From Sinorhizobium meliloti (GTDB lineage: Bacteria; Pseudomonadota; Alphaproteobacteria; Rhizobiales; Rhizobiaceae): a stretch of DNA of 32,000 nucleotides. The stretch is taken from positions 420,001 through 452,000 of the forward strand of contig NZ_JAGIOS010000003.1 in the NCBI RefSeq assembly GCF_017876815.1, written 5' to 3'. Below the pieces are notes generated by a model that ran no database searches, was not told the DNA's origin, and saw only the letters and a program-made list of their open reading frames with translations. How positions within the stretch are numbered: the stretch's first letter is position 1; each line of letters begins with the position of its first letter. The translations under genes and the position numbers were made by a program. This document shows positions 1 through 8,465 of the stretch, piece after piece.

Positions 1-1
1 A

Positions 2-709
2 CCGGAAATGAAATCAGCGCTCTTGACGCTGCTTGGACAGCCCTTCGGCCGGGCCTGGGTCGGATTGATCGGGCTCGGTCTGCTCGGGTTCGTCGCCTGG
101 AGATTGGCCCAGTCTCTTGCAGATAGTGATGGCCACGGATCCGGTCGCAAGGGGCTCACTGTGCGCGGTGCACTGTTCGGCAGCGCCGCAATCTACCTTG
201 GGCTTGCCGGCTACGCCCTTGGACATGCACTGTTTTCCGCGGGAGGAGACCAGGAATCGGGTGAGAAAGGGCTGGCGGAATGGATCATGTCGAAGCCATT
301 CGGCTCATACTTGGCAATCGCGGTCGGGATCGGCTTCATCGTCGGTGGGGTCGTCACCGCCTACAAAGGCCTCACCCGAAAGTTCGAACGATATCTTCGC
401 ATTCCCGACCGGAACCGCGTCCTTACGTTAATCTGCATTTACGGCCTCGTCGCGCGTGGCGCAGTCTTCGTGATTATCGGTATCCTGTTTGCCTATGCGG
501 GATTCCGGGTCGACCCGGAACAGGCTGGTAGCATCAGCGATGCCCTGGAGTGGCTTCGACAACTGCCGTTCGGCTCGATTCTGTACATCGCGGCCGCTGC
601 CGGTATTGCTGCTTTCGGCATCTATAACCTCGTTGAAGCGCGGTATCGCGTCGTCCGCGGCCCTGATCTGACAGCGGCGAAGCAGCCGATTTGGCTGCAG
701 AAAATCTGA
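2..709 (+). CDS. DUF1206-like multi-pass membrane protein, 5' end probably outside the window
   Basis: ORF track 8..709; the frame stays open back to nt 2. There are five hydrophobic helices with a repeated xRG-x-(V/L)(F/Y)...IG pattern (VRGALFGSAAIYLGLAG, ARGAVFVIIGILFAYAG) that I associate with three-repeat DUF1206 proteins. The first helix of repeat 1 seems missing, so the ATG at 8 may be internal. Confidence 0.5.
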   Translation, partial: PEMKSALLTLLGQPFGRAWVGLIGLGLLGFVAWRLAQSLADSDGHGSGRKGLTVRGALFGSAAIYLGLAGYALGHALFSAGGDQESGEKGLAEWIMSKPFGSYLAIAVGIGFIVGGVVTAYKGLTRKFERYLRIPDRNRVLTLICIYGLVARGAVFVIIGILFAYAGFRVDPEQAGSISDALEWLRQLPFGSILYIAAAAGIAAFGIYNLVEARYRVVRGPDLTAAKQPIWLQKI

Positions 710-1003
710 CCCGACTCAGCCGGCCAGGCCGAATTGACCGCCGGTTTCGAGAACTGGCACGTCGACTGTAGATTAGAACCCGCACAGTAATTGCGTAGGT
801 TTGCAACCATCGGACGGATCTAAGTGTAGGCTTTGACTTCCATACTGAACGTTTGGGCGGGCAGGAGGAATTCCACAAATCCGAAATCGGTAGGGCAAGG
901 CGACGCTTAGTCCTGCCGGCCCCAACGAACCTGGTGACGCTCGCGCTGCCGCCGCGCCCAACTTCAACTGTTCGGGAGCGTTGGTAAGCGCGCGGCCGGT
1001 TCG

Positions 1004-1855
1004 TCATGCCGCTGCCTTCCATCCGTCCCGGATGTGACGGTATCCATCGCGATAGACCACTTCGGGCGTCTCGGAGAAATCGCGCCAGACCTTCGTTGCT
1101 GCCGCGAGGTCTTTCAACGCGCGACCGAAGGCCTCGATTGTCAGCCAGCCGTCATAGCCGCTCGCACGGATTGCCTTGAAGGTCTCCGGCCATGGAATGT
1201 TGCCATGGCCCGGTACCCCGCGGTCGTTTTCTGAGATGTGGACATGAACGATTCGGTCCGCATTGCGGGTGAAGGCCCCCACGGGATCGGCTTCCTCGAT
1301 ATTGCTGTGGAAGGTGTCATACATGGCGCGAATGTTCGGATGCCCGATTGCATCAATATGAGCAGTAAGGTCGTCCATTGTGTTGACGAGATAACATTCG
1401 AAGCGGTTCAGCGCCTCGAGCGCAACGGTGACACCGCGCTGGGCGGCATGATCGCCGATCGTGCGCTGCGAGAAGATGGACCGCCTCAGTTCCGCGGCGG
1501 TGGGCCCGGTACCGGAGAACTGGCCTAGCGTAGAATGCAGTGGACCGCTTAGCGCGTGAGCGCCGAGGGCGGCCGCGCAGTCGATAGCCCATTGCATGTA
1601 GGCGATGCCGCGCTTGCGGGTCGCAGTGTCAGGCGAAATCAGGTTCATGGATGGGTCGCTCATGGCAGAAACAGCAGTGCGCTCCAGACCTATGCCATCG
1701 AGCAATGCGCCGAGGCGGCGGTAGTCGTCCGGAGTGCCCTCGAAGATCGGTATTTCTACACCGTCGAAGCCAGTCGCCCTGATGTCCCGGAGTAGCTTTT
1801 CATGTTTCCGGCTGACGCTCGTCGTCCAAAGAAACATGCACATACCGATCTTCAT
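1004..1855 (-). CDS. Xylose-isomerase-like TIM-barrel enzyme, ketose 3-epimerase-like (sugar phosphate isomerase/epimerase family)
   Basis: ORF track 1004..1912. I prefer the ATG at 1855 (MKIGMCMFLW...) because GGGAGGAAGG lies directly upstream on the minus strand. Motifs EALNRFE, YDTFHSNIEE, HVHISENDRGVPG and TIEAF give the E-D-H-E metal-ligand pattern of tagatose/psicose 3-epimerase-type enzymes. Confidence 0.85.
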   Translation of the reverse strand: MKIGMCMFLWTTSVSRKHEKLLRDIRATGFDGVEIPIFEGTPDDYRRLGALLDGIGLERTAVSAMSDPSMNLISPDTATRKRGIAYMQWAIDCAAALGAHALSGPLHSTLGQFSGTGPTAAELRRSIFSQRTIGDHAAQRGVTVALEALNRFECYLVNTMDDLTAHIDAIGHPNIRAMYDTFHSNIEEADPVGAFTRNADRIVHVHISENDRGVPGHGNIPWPETFKAIRASGYDGWLTIEAFGRALKDLAAATKVWRDFSETPEVVYRDGYRHIRDGWKAAA

Positions 1856-1913
1856 GGTTCCTTCCTCCCGTTTCTCACTGCCGCGGTAACGCCTCCCCAC
1901 GCCGGTCGCCATC

Positions 1914-1924
1914 TGGTAATACCA
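1914..1924. promoter_or_regulatory. Palindrome TGGTAATACCA, candidate GntR/FadR-type operator (box type A)
   Basis: Perfect TGGT-N3-ACCA inverted repeat inside ATCTGGTAATACCAAA (1911-1926). It sits 59 bp upstream of the minus-strand ATG at 1855, in the divergent intergenic region. A 15/16 copy lies at 11924-11939. Confidence 0.55.
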
Positions 1925-2078
1925 AATGCGGCGATATGGTCAAGTTAGCAACGGCGATGATTTTGGACCGAAGCACCGAGACAGGACGGGCGCTTGTTAA
2001 AAATCCCAGAAACGCGAGGCTGCGTAAGCCGCCTTGCCGGCACAGGTAATTTGGGATAGACCTTTTAGGAAGTAGAAT

Positions 2079-2089
2079 TGGCCAAACCA
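2079..2089. promoter_or_regulatory. Near-palindrome TGGCCAAACCA, candidate GntR/FadR-type operator (box type B)
   Basis: Lies within AATTGGCCAAACCAG (2076-2090), 80 bp upstream of the ATG at 2170. A 14/15 copy, AATTGGTCAAACCAG, lies at 12091-12105. Confidence 0.5.
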
Positions 2090-2169
2090 GAATAGGTTCG
2101 GTCGGAGTGGAGGAGATGCTCCGGCACCCTCGAGTGCCGCGGCAGCTATGATAGTTTGGGAGGACGTTT

Positions 2170-3057
2170 ATGCACCTTTCGACGCACAACTGGATGCGGG
2201 CGGAGCCTCTCGCCGTCACGCTGAAACGCATCAAGAAGTACGGCTACGAGAGCATCGAGATTTCAGGCGAGCCGGCCCAGTACGACATCAAGGACACTCG
2301 CGCACTGTTCAAAGAACACGGTATTCGCTGCTGGGGCGCGGTGACGCTAACGCTCGGTGAGCGCAACCTCGCAGCCAAGGATGAGAGCCAGCGAGCAAAG
2401 TCGGTGGACTACGTCAAGAGTGTTATAACGATGGTCAGTGAGCTCGAAGGCGAGATCGTGACCCTTGTACCTGCGACCGTCGGAAAGGTTGTTCCGGATG
2501 GCACCGAGGAGGAGGAATGGCAGTGGGTCGTGGATGCGACGAAGGAGTGCTTCGCCCACGCCCGGGGAAAGGGCGTCCGGCTGGCGATCGAACCGCTGAA
2601 CCGGTTCGAGACTTATCTCTTCAATCGTGCTGCCCAAGCGCTCGCGCTGGCCGAAGCAGTTGATCCCGATTGCGGCGTTTGCCTCGATGCTTTTCATCTC
2701 AACATCGAGGAGGAGGACATGTATGACGCCATTAGGCTCGCCGGAAACCGGCTTTTCGATTTCCATGTGGCGGACAACAACCGCTTTGCGGCGGGCCTCG
2801 GTCATCTCGACTGGCCGAAGATCGTCGCCACGTTGAAAGAGATCGGATACGATGGCGCGCTCACCAATGAGTTCGTGGCTCCGGTAGACCGCACGCCGGC
2901 GGCGAAATACCCCGATATGGTCGAGCGCAATCCGGTCGATATCCCGCCGGAGCAGCTCAAATTCATCCAGGACCACGGATCGAGCCTACTGACCGAGAAA
3001 TTCTACGATGACCAGATGCGGATCACCGCAGAGACGATCCTGCCGCTGATCAAGTGA
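2170..3057 (+). CDS. Xylose-isomerase-like TIM-barrel enzyme, second ketose 3-epimerase-like paralogue
   Basis: 295-aa ORF with the SD GGGAGGA a few nt upstream of the ATG. Motifs IEPLNRFE, LDAFHLNIEEEDMYDAIRLAG, FHVADNNR and TNEF match the same E-D-H-E TIM-barrel pattern. Confidence 0.85.
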   Translation: MHLSTHNWMRAEPLAVTLKRIKKYGYESIEISGEPAQYDIKDTRALFKEHGIRCWGAVTLTLGERNLAAKDESQRAKSVDYVKSVITMVSELEGEIVTLVPATVGKVVPDGTEEEEWQWVVDATKECFAHARGKGVRLAIEPLNRFETYLFNRAAQALALAEAVDPDCGVCLDAFHLNIEEEDMYDAIRLAGNRLFDFHVADNNRFAAGLGHLDWPKIVATLKEIGYDGALTNEFVAPVDRTPAAKYPDMVERNPVDIPPEQLKFIQDHGSSLLTEKFYDDQMRITAETILPLIK

Positions 3058-3105
3058 GGACGGAGCATGCCCCGCGGCCTTCGTGCTGCGAGGTTGGGAG
3101 GCGAA

Positions 3106-4275
3106 ATGCGTATCAAGACCGTCCAAGCCTGGTGGGTTCGAATACCTATCGCAGCCAATCGGCAGCATCAAAGCGATTTCGGTCGCCTGACAACCTTCGA
3201 CGCGGCGATCCTGCGCATAGAAACAGATGACGGGATCGTGGGGTGGGGTGAGGGCAAGAATGCTGCGGGTAGTGCGGGTTCTTACGGAACGCTCGTGCAC
3301 ATGCTCAACTATGAGGTAGGGCCGAGGCTCGTCGGTCGCGATGCCGCTGATATCTCCGCCGTCTGGGAGATGCTCTACAATGGCGTGCGCCACGAGAAGG
3401 CGGCGATGTCGGGTCATGCTATGCCGGAGCTCTCACGCCGGGGCCTCTCGATTGCCGCTATCAGTGCTGTGGACATCGCGTTGTGGGACATCCTTGGCAA
3501 ATCGCTGGGCGTGCCGGTATGGAAGCTGCTCGGCGGGCGTAAGGCGGATCGGCTGCCTGCTTATGCTTCGGGCGGGTGGGAGAGTGCCGAAAAGATCGGC
3601 GGCCAACTGCAGTCCTACCTTGCCAGTGGCGGTTTCAAGGCGGTCAAGATGAGGGTCGGCGCGATGGACGGCGCGCCGTATGTCTCGGCCGCCCGCGTGC
3701 GTGCTGCCCGCAAGGCGCTGGGCCCCTCGGTGGATATCATGGTCGATGCGCATGGCACCTACACGGTTGCCGACGCGAAACGTTTCATCCAGCTCGTCCG
3801 GGATTGCGATCTTGCCTGGTTCGAGGAGCCGGTGATAGCAGACGATAAGGCCGGCATGGCGGAAGTGCGCGCCGCTGGAAACGTGCCGATCGCCACCGGC
3901 GAGAGCGAGGCCACTCGCTTCGCTTTCCGCGACCTTGCGGTGCTGCGCTCAGCCGATATTTTCCAGCCTGATCCGGCGTTCTGCGGCGGCATTACGGAGG
4001 CCATGCGCATCGGTGCGATCGCCAGTGCCTTCAACCTCCGTCTTGCACCGCATTTGTGGGCCGGTGCGCCGTGTTTCTTCTCTGGCCTGCACATCTGCGC
4101 GGCCTCCCCGGCAAGCTTCGTCGTCGAGTACTCGGTCGGCGCGAACCCGATGATTCACGACCTCGTCGAGGAGACTGTCGCCGTGAAGGACGGGATGCTA
4201 GAGATTCCCGATAAACCAGGCTTGGGATTCACGATAAATGAGCGCGTCCTGGAGACTCATGCGCAAAGACTTTAA
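3106..4275 (+). CDS. Enolase-superfamily enzyme (mandelate racemase / muconate lactonizing enzyme family, probable acid-sugar dehydratase)
   Basis: ORF track 3067..4275. The ATG at 3106 (MRIKTVQAWW...) follows the SD GGGAGG. Capping domain GWGEG; barrel motifs VKMRVG, MVDAHG, WFEEP, ATGESE (three acidic metal ligands), FQPD and LAPHLW. Confidence 0.9.
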   Translation: MRIKTVQAWWVRIPIAANRQHQSDFGRLTTFDAAILRIETDDGIVGWGEGKNAAGSAGSYGTLVHMLNYEVGPRLVGRDAADISAVWEMLYNGVRHEKAAMSGHAMPELSRRGLSIAAISAVDIALWDILGKSLGVPVWKLLGGRKADRLPAYASGGWESAEKIGGQLQSYLASGGFKAVKMRVGAMDGAPYVSAARVRAARKALGPSVDIMVDAHGTYTVADAKRFIQLVRDCDLAWFEEPVIADDKAGMAEVRAAGNVPIATGESEATRFAFRDLAVLRSADIFQPDPAFCGGITEAMRIGAIASAFNLRLAPHLWAGAPCFFSGLHICAASPASFVVEYSVGANPMIHDLVEETVAVKDGMLEIPDKPGLGFTINERVLETHAQRL

Positions 4276-4277
4276 TT

Positions 4278-4970
4278 ATGAAAGAAAACAATCTGCTTTC
4301 GGATCTGGCGGCCCATCTATTTTCGACTTCGAGCGGCAATGGGCGAACACCCTCGGAGCGGGAGCTCGCCGAGCACTTCGCCGTCAGCCGGGGACAGGTC
4401 CGGGAGGCTCTGGCAATCCTGGAGGCCATGCGCATTGTGGAGCGCCGGCCGAAGTCGGGTATCTATCTGACGACGACGGAGGCGAGTGTCGAGGCCATAG
4501 CACTCTTCGCGCGCGCTGGCGTACCACTGGACCCGATCGTGATCTACGAGACGGTAGAACTCCGCAAGATCCACGAAATCAAGGCTGCGGAGCTCGCCTG
4601 CGCACGGGCGACGGAAGAGAACTACGAACGGCTGCGCGAAATTCTCGCCGCTTCCGAGACGAGGATCGCTGCGGGCGAGGGCCTCGCGCGCGAGGACAGG
4701 GACTTTCATCTGGAGATCGTGCGGGCGACGAAGAACAGCGTGTTCCACCGGATCTGCAGCGTCTATTACACCATGGGCGAACAGCGACTGCCTATCTACT
4801 TCGCTGATATCGCCCGCAGCCGCCGCTCGCATGAAGAACATATCCGTATCTATGAGGCGCTGCTCGCACGCGACGGCAATCTCGCACAGGCTTTGATGAA
4901 CGCGCATCTTCAGGGCGCGGAAAGCTACTGGAAGGGTCTCATCGGCGGGCCTGCGACAGCCGCGGAGTAG
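4278..4970 (+). CDS. GntR-family transcriptional regulator, FadR subfamily (FCD C-terminal domain)
   Basis: 230 aa. Winged HTH SERELAEHFAVSRGQVREALAILEAMRIVERRPKSGIYL followed by an all-helical C-terminal domain. It starts 2 nt after the enolase-family stop, so it is transcribed inside the catabolic operon. Confidence 0.9.
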   Translation: MKENNLLSDLAAHLFSTSSGNGRTPSERELAEHFAVSRGQVREALAILEAMRIVERRPKSGIYLTTTEASVEAIALFARAGVPLDPIVIYETVELRKIHEIKAAELACARATEENYERLREILAASETRIAAGEGLAREDRDFHLEIVRATKNSVFHRICSVYYTMGEQRLPIYFADIARSRRSHEEHIRIYEALLARDGNLAQALMNAHLQGAESYWKGLIGGPATAAE

Positions 4971-4983
4971 TCCCCGGTCGGCA

Positions 4984-5970
4984 ATGAGGAGGCCGATGAG
5001 TTTCATTTTCTCGACCCACCAACTGCACCCCGATGCCGAAGCTATGCTGAAGGCGGCGGGTGATCTCCGTGTCGCGTCCGCCCCGGATCCCGAATCGTTG
5101 CTTCGTGAAGGTGAGGGTGCGGAGATTGTCATCGTGCGCGCTCCGATACCGCCCGCCTTCTTCGGAAATGTACCGGCCCTGCGCGCCGTAGTCCGGCACG
5201 GTGCGGGGCTCGACATGATTCCCTATGACGCGGCCACGGCCGCCGGTGTGCTTATCGCCAACGTGCCGGCGGTCAACGCACCGACCGTTGCGGAGCACGT
5301 ATTCATGGTGACGCTTGCGTTGCTGCGACAGTTCCGTCCTATGGACCGCGATCTCAGAAACATGGGTTGGAGTGCTGGGCGAGCCCACTCCGACCGAGCA
5401 CTTGATCTCGCCGGCCGGATCATGGGTGTCATCGGCATGGGCAATGTTGGAAAGGCGGTCTTCCGGATCGCGAAGTACGGGTTCCAGCTGGAGATCGTTG
5501 CGAACAGCCGCTCGCCGGAAAGCCTGCCGGACGGTGTACGGTTTCTCTCAGTCGACGATCTGGTGTCGACGGCGGATATCGTCGTTCTCTGTTGCCCGCT
5601 CACGCCCAAGACGACCGGGCTTTTAAGCCGCGAGCGAATTGCGCGCATGAAGCCGGGCGCGATCCTCGTTAACGTGTCGCGCGGTCCGGTCGTGGACGAT
5701 GCTGCCTTGATCGAGGCGCTAGAGATGGGGCGTATCGGCGGCGCTGCCCTTGACGTGTTCTCTACACAGCCCCTGCCGCCCGAGCATCCCTACTTCCGGC
5801 AGGACAATGTGATTGTGACGCCTCATCTCGCCGGCATCACCGAGGAAAGCATGATGCGCATGGGAAAAGGAGCTGCGGCCGAAGCGATCCGCGTCATGGA
5901 AGGGGGATTGCCCGTTAATCTCCGCAACCCTGAGGTCGTCGAACACTACAGGCGGCGGTTCCCTGGATAG
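4984..5970 (+). CDS. D-isomer-specific 2-hydroxyacid dehydrogenase, NAD(P)-binding
   Basis: GVIGMGNVGKAV (GxGxxG), NVSRGPVVD, LDVFSTQPLP and VTPHLAG (R-E-H catalytic pattern). The alternative ATG at 4996 sits only 3 nt after AGGAGG, so the start is uncertain by 12 nt. Confidence 0.9.
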   Translation: MRRPMSFIFSTHQLHPDAEAMLKAAGDLRVASAPDPESLLREGEGAEIVIVRAPIPPAFFGNVPALRAVVRHGAGLDMIPYDAATAAGVLIANVPAVNAPTVAEHVFMVTLALLRQFRPMDRDLRNMGWSAGRAHSDRALDLAGRIMGVIGMGNVGKAVFRIAKYGFQLEIVANSRSPESLPDGVRFLSVDDLVSTADIVVLCCPLTPKTTGLLSRERIARMKPGAILVNVSRGPVVDDAALIEALEMGRIGGAALDVFSTQPLPPEHPYFRQDNVIVTPHLAGITEESMMRMGKGAAAEAIRVMEGGLPVNLRNPEVVEHYRRRFPG

Positions 5971-6079
5971 GGCTTCGTCCGTTCCGGGTGGACGCGTCAT
6001 GGTGGCCATGTGAATGACGGGCAAACGGGCGGAAAGTCACGACCAGGACCGAACCCGTTTTTATGCCGTCAATGACGCC

Positions 6080-7156
6080 TCAGCCAGCATGGCGCAGGCT
6101 CATCCCGCTTCCGCCGTCGAAGAGCACGACTTTTTCCGGATTCCAGGAGAAGCGAACAGACTCCTCGATCTCAAGGTCGGTCTGAGCTGGCACCGTCGCC
6201 TGCAAGAAATGGTTACCTGTACGGAGCGTGACGATCTTCTCGACGCCATGGTTCTCGACGTCGTGTACGCGGGCCTCACCTGGTGCGCCGCTTTCGAGAA
6301 AGAGATCCTCAGGGCGAATACCGAAGGTAAGTGGCCGTCCGTCAAGCCCAGCGCCGGGGGCGGCGTCAAAGGGCAAGCGGTAGCCTTCGTCCGCGATAGC
6401 CTCGCTGGCCCCGAGCTTGCCGGAGATCAGGTTCATTGGCGGCGATCCGACCGCACGTGCAACGAAGGTGTTGACTGGATAGCGATAGATCTCCTGTGGG
6501 GTGCCTATCTGAACAAGCTGGCCGTTGTTGAGTACGCCGATCTTGTCGCCCATTGACATGGCTTCGATCTGATCGTGGGTGACGAAGAGGAAGGTCGCGC
6601 CGAGATTCATCTGAAGGTTCTTGAGTTCAGTGCGCAGCGCCTCCCGGAGTTTGGCGTCGAGGGCGGAAAGGGGCTCGTCCATCAAAAAGAGGCGCGGCTT
6701 GCGCACGATGGCTCGGCCGATGGACACGCGCTGCATCTCGCCCCCCGAAAGGCGGTCCGTCTTGCGGTCGAGTAGATGCTCGATGCGGAGCGTCCTCGCG
6801 ACACGCGCGACACGCTCCTTGATCTCGGCCGGTTCGACACGCCGGATGCGAGATTTCAGCGGGAATTCGAGATTCTCGCGGACGGTATAGCGCGGATAGA
6901 GCGAATACTGCTGCAGCACAAGCGCCACGTCGCGCTCGGCGGCGCCCCAGTCGGCAACATCCTCACCGTCGATGAAGATCTGTCCGCCCGTCGGCTTTTC
7001 GAGCCCGGCAATCAGCCTGAGGGTCGTCGTCTTGCCGGCGCCCGTCTCGCCAAGCAGCACGAAAAACTCTCCGTCGGCAATTTCCAAACTGAGATCCCTC
7101 AGGGCGGTGTGGGCTCCGAAGGTCTTGGTGATGCCTTTGAGTTCGATATGCGCCAT
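6080..7156 (-). CDS. ABC transporter ATP-binding protein, MalK/UgpC-like (second of two)
   Basis: Walker A GETGAGKTT, signature LSGGEMQRV, Walker B FLMDEPLS, H-loop VTHD, and a C-terminal TOBE-like regulatory domain. Its ATG overlaps the upstream ATPase stop (TGATG). Confidence 0.9.
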   Translation of the reverse strand: MAHIELKGITKTFGAHTALRDLSLEIADGEFFVLLGETGAGKTTTLRLIAGLEKPTGGQIFIDGEDVADWGAAERDVALVLQQYSLYPRYTVRENLEFPLKSRIRRVEPAEIKERVARVARTLRIEHLLDRKTDRLSGGEMQRVSIGRAIVRKPRLFLMDEPLSALDAKLREALRTELKNLQMNLGATFLFVTHDQIEAMSMGDKIGVLNNGQLVQIGTPQEIYRYPVNTFVARAVGSPPMNLISGKLGASEAIADEGYRLPFDAAPGAGLDGRPLTFGIRPEDLFLESGAPGEARVHDVENHGVEKIVTLRTGNHFLQATVPAQTDLEIEESVRFSWNPEKVVLFDGGSGMSLRHAG

Positions 7157-8265
7157 CAGAGCCTGATCCCGAAAGATGTGCCAGTCGAGCTGTCGAAGAA
7201 ATGCGCCTGAGCCGGATCTATTCGAGCCCAGACGGCCTCGCCGGGCCTGCGTACGAAACCACTTTTTGTCCGCGCGCGCAGCATCTGGTCGCCAACCTTC
7301 AGGTCTATGATGTCATGCGAGCCGAGCGGTTCGATGATATGGGCCTCGACGGGCACGAAGCCCTCACGTGCTTCCCTGGACACGAGAACCCCTTCAGGTC
7401 GTACCCCGAGGGTGAGATTACCGTTTTGAGCCCCAGCGACAGCGAGCTGGGCCGTGAGATTCGACGGAAAATCGAAGGAAGTTGGAGCACCTCGGACCAC
7501 GACGCGCGCATGCCCGGCGTCCTCGGAAACGGTCACGTCAGACATGTTCATGACCGGACTCCCGACAAACTGCGCGACGAACATGTTGGCAGGACGAGCG
7601 TAGACCTCATGAGGGCTGCCGACTTGCTGCAGCACACCTTCGTGCATGACGACAATGCGGTCGGCGAGGGACATCGCTTCGACCTGGTCATGGGTTACGT
7701 AGATCGTTGTCGAGCCCTGTTTGATGTGAAGTCGCTTGATTTCAGCGCGCATCTCTTCGCGGAGCTTCGCGTCAAGCGCGCCGATCGGCTCATCCATGAG
7801 CATCGCCTTCGGACGCCGGACGAGTGCCCGACCAATCGCCACGCGCTGCATGTCGCCGCCGGAAAGAGCGGAGGGCTTTTTGACGAGGAGGTGGGTGATC
7901 TGGAGCGTTTTTGCAACCGCCTGAACCTCGCGCTCGATATCCGCACGGTTGCCGCGCGTGGCGCGGAGCGGGAAAGCGATATTCTCGAACACCGTCATGT
8001 GCGGGTAGAGCGAGAAGGACTGGAATACAAAGGCGATGTCTCGGTGCGCCGCCTTTATGTGCTGCACCGGCTGACTGTCTATGAGGATGTCGCCTTCATC
8101 GATCGTTTCGAGCCCGGCGATCGCGCGTAGAGTGGTCGTCTTGCCGCAGCCGGACTGGCCAAGCAGAACAATGAACTCGTTGTCGGCGATGGTGAGATTG
8201 AGGTCCTTGATCACCTGAACGGCACCAAAGTGCTTCTCAATCCCGCGTAATTCAATCTGCGTCAT
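7156..8265 (-). CDS. ABC transporter ATP-binding protein, MalK/UgpC-like (first of two)
   Basis: Walker A GQSGCGKTT, signature LSGGDMQRV, Walker B MLMDEPIG, H-loop VTHD. Its ATG overlaps the stop of the small ORF upstream (ATGA). Confidence 0.9.
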   Translation of the reverse strand: MTQIELRGIEKHFGAVQVIKDLNLTIADNEFIVLLGQSGCGKTTTLRAIAGLETIDEGDILIDSQPVQHIKAAHRDIAFVFQSFSLYPHMTVFENIAFPLRATRGNRADIEREVQAVAKTLQITHLLVKKPSALSGGDMQRVAIGRALVRRPKAMLMDEPIGALDAKLREEMRAEIKRLHIKQGSTTIYVTHDQVEAMSLADRIVVMHEGVLQQVGSPHEVYARPANMFVAQFVGSPVMNMSDVTVSEDAGHARVVVRGAPTSFDFPSNLTAQLAVAGAQNGNLTLGVRPEGVLVSREAREGFVPVEAHIIEPLGSHDIIDLKVGDQMLRARTKSGFVRRPGEAVWARIDPAQAHFFDSSTGTSFGIRL

Positions 8266-8465
8266 GGGTTCCTGCCTTCGTCAGCTTTCTGTTCGGGCGG
8301 AACCTTCGACGTGATCATGAAGGCAACCAGCCCAACTAACGTCATCGTCAATCCATAGCGATGAAGGAACAGGTACCATGGCTGGCACAGCGCGATGATC
8401 CCAAATATCATCAGGAGCTGCGCGCCTGGCGCGAGATACTTCTGGTTTATCGCACGAAACGTCAT
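8262..8465 (-). CDS. Small (67 aa) two-TM membrane protein embedded in the ABC operon
   Basis: MTFRAINQKYLAPGAQLLMIFGIIALCQPWYLFLHRYGLTMTLVGLVAFMITSKVPPEQKADEGRNP. Its ATG (8465) overlaps the permease stop as ATGA, and its TGA overlaps the ATPase ATG as ATGA. Third-codon positions are G/C-rich like the neighbours. The ORF-track 104-aa version (to 8576) would overlap the permease by 115 nt. Confidence 0.55.
   Translation of the reverse strand: MTFRAINQKYLAPGAQLLMIFGIIALCQPWYLFLHRYGLTMTLVGLVAFMITSKVPPEQKADEGRNP

Noticed and set aside
4317-5216. 299-aa ORF antisense to the GntR and dehydrogenase genes. Similar antisense ORFs lie at 7201-8130, 12073-12765, 15141-15875, 20034-20684 and 25064-25936.
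   Set aside because: All lie opposite genes with strong family motifs, are Arg/Pro/Ser-rich, and show no recognisable domains. I treat them as GC-driven shadow ORFs.
6023-6062. Possible terminator between the convergent dehydrogenase and ATPase genes (AAACGGG ... CCCGTTT followed by TT)
   Set aside because: The 7-bp stem encloses a 24-nt loop, which is far from a canonical intrinsic terminator. I did not find it convincing enough to annotate.
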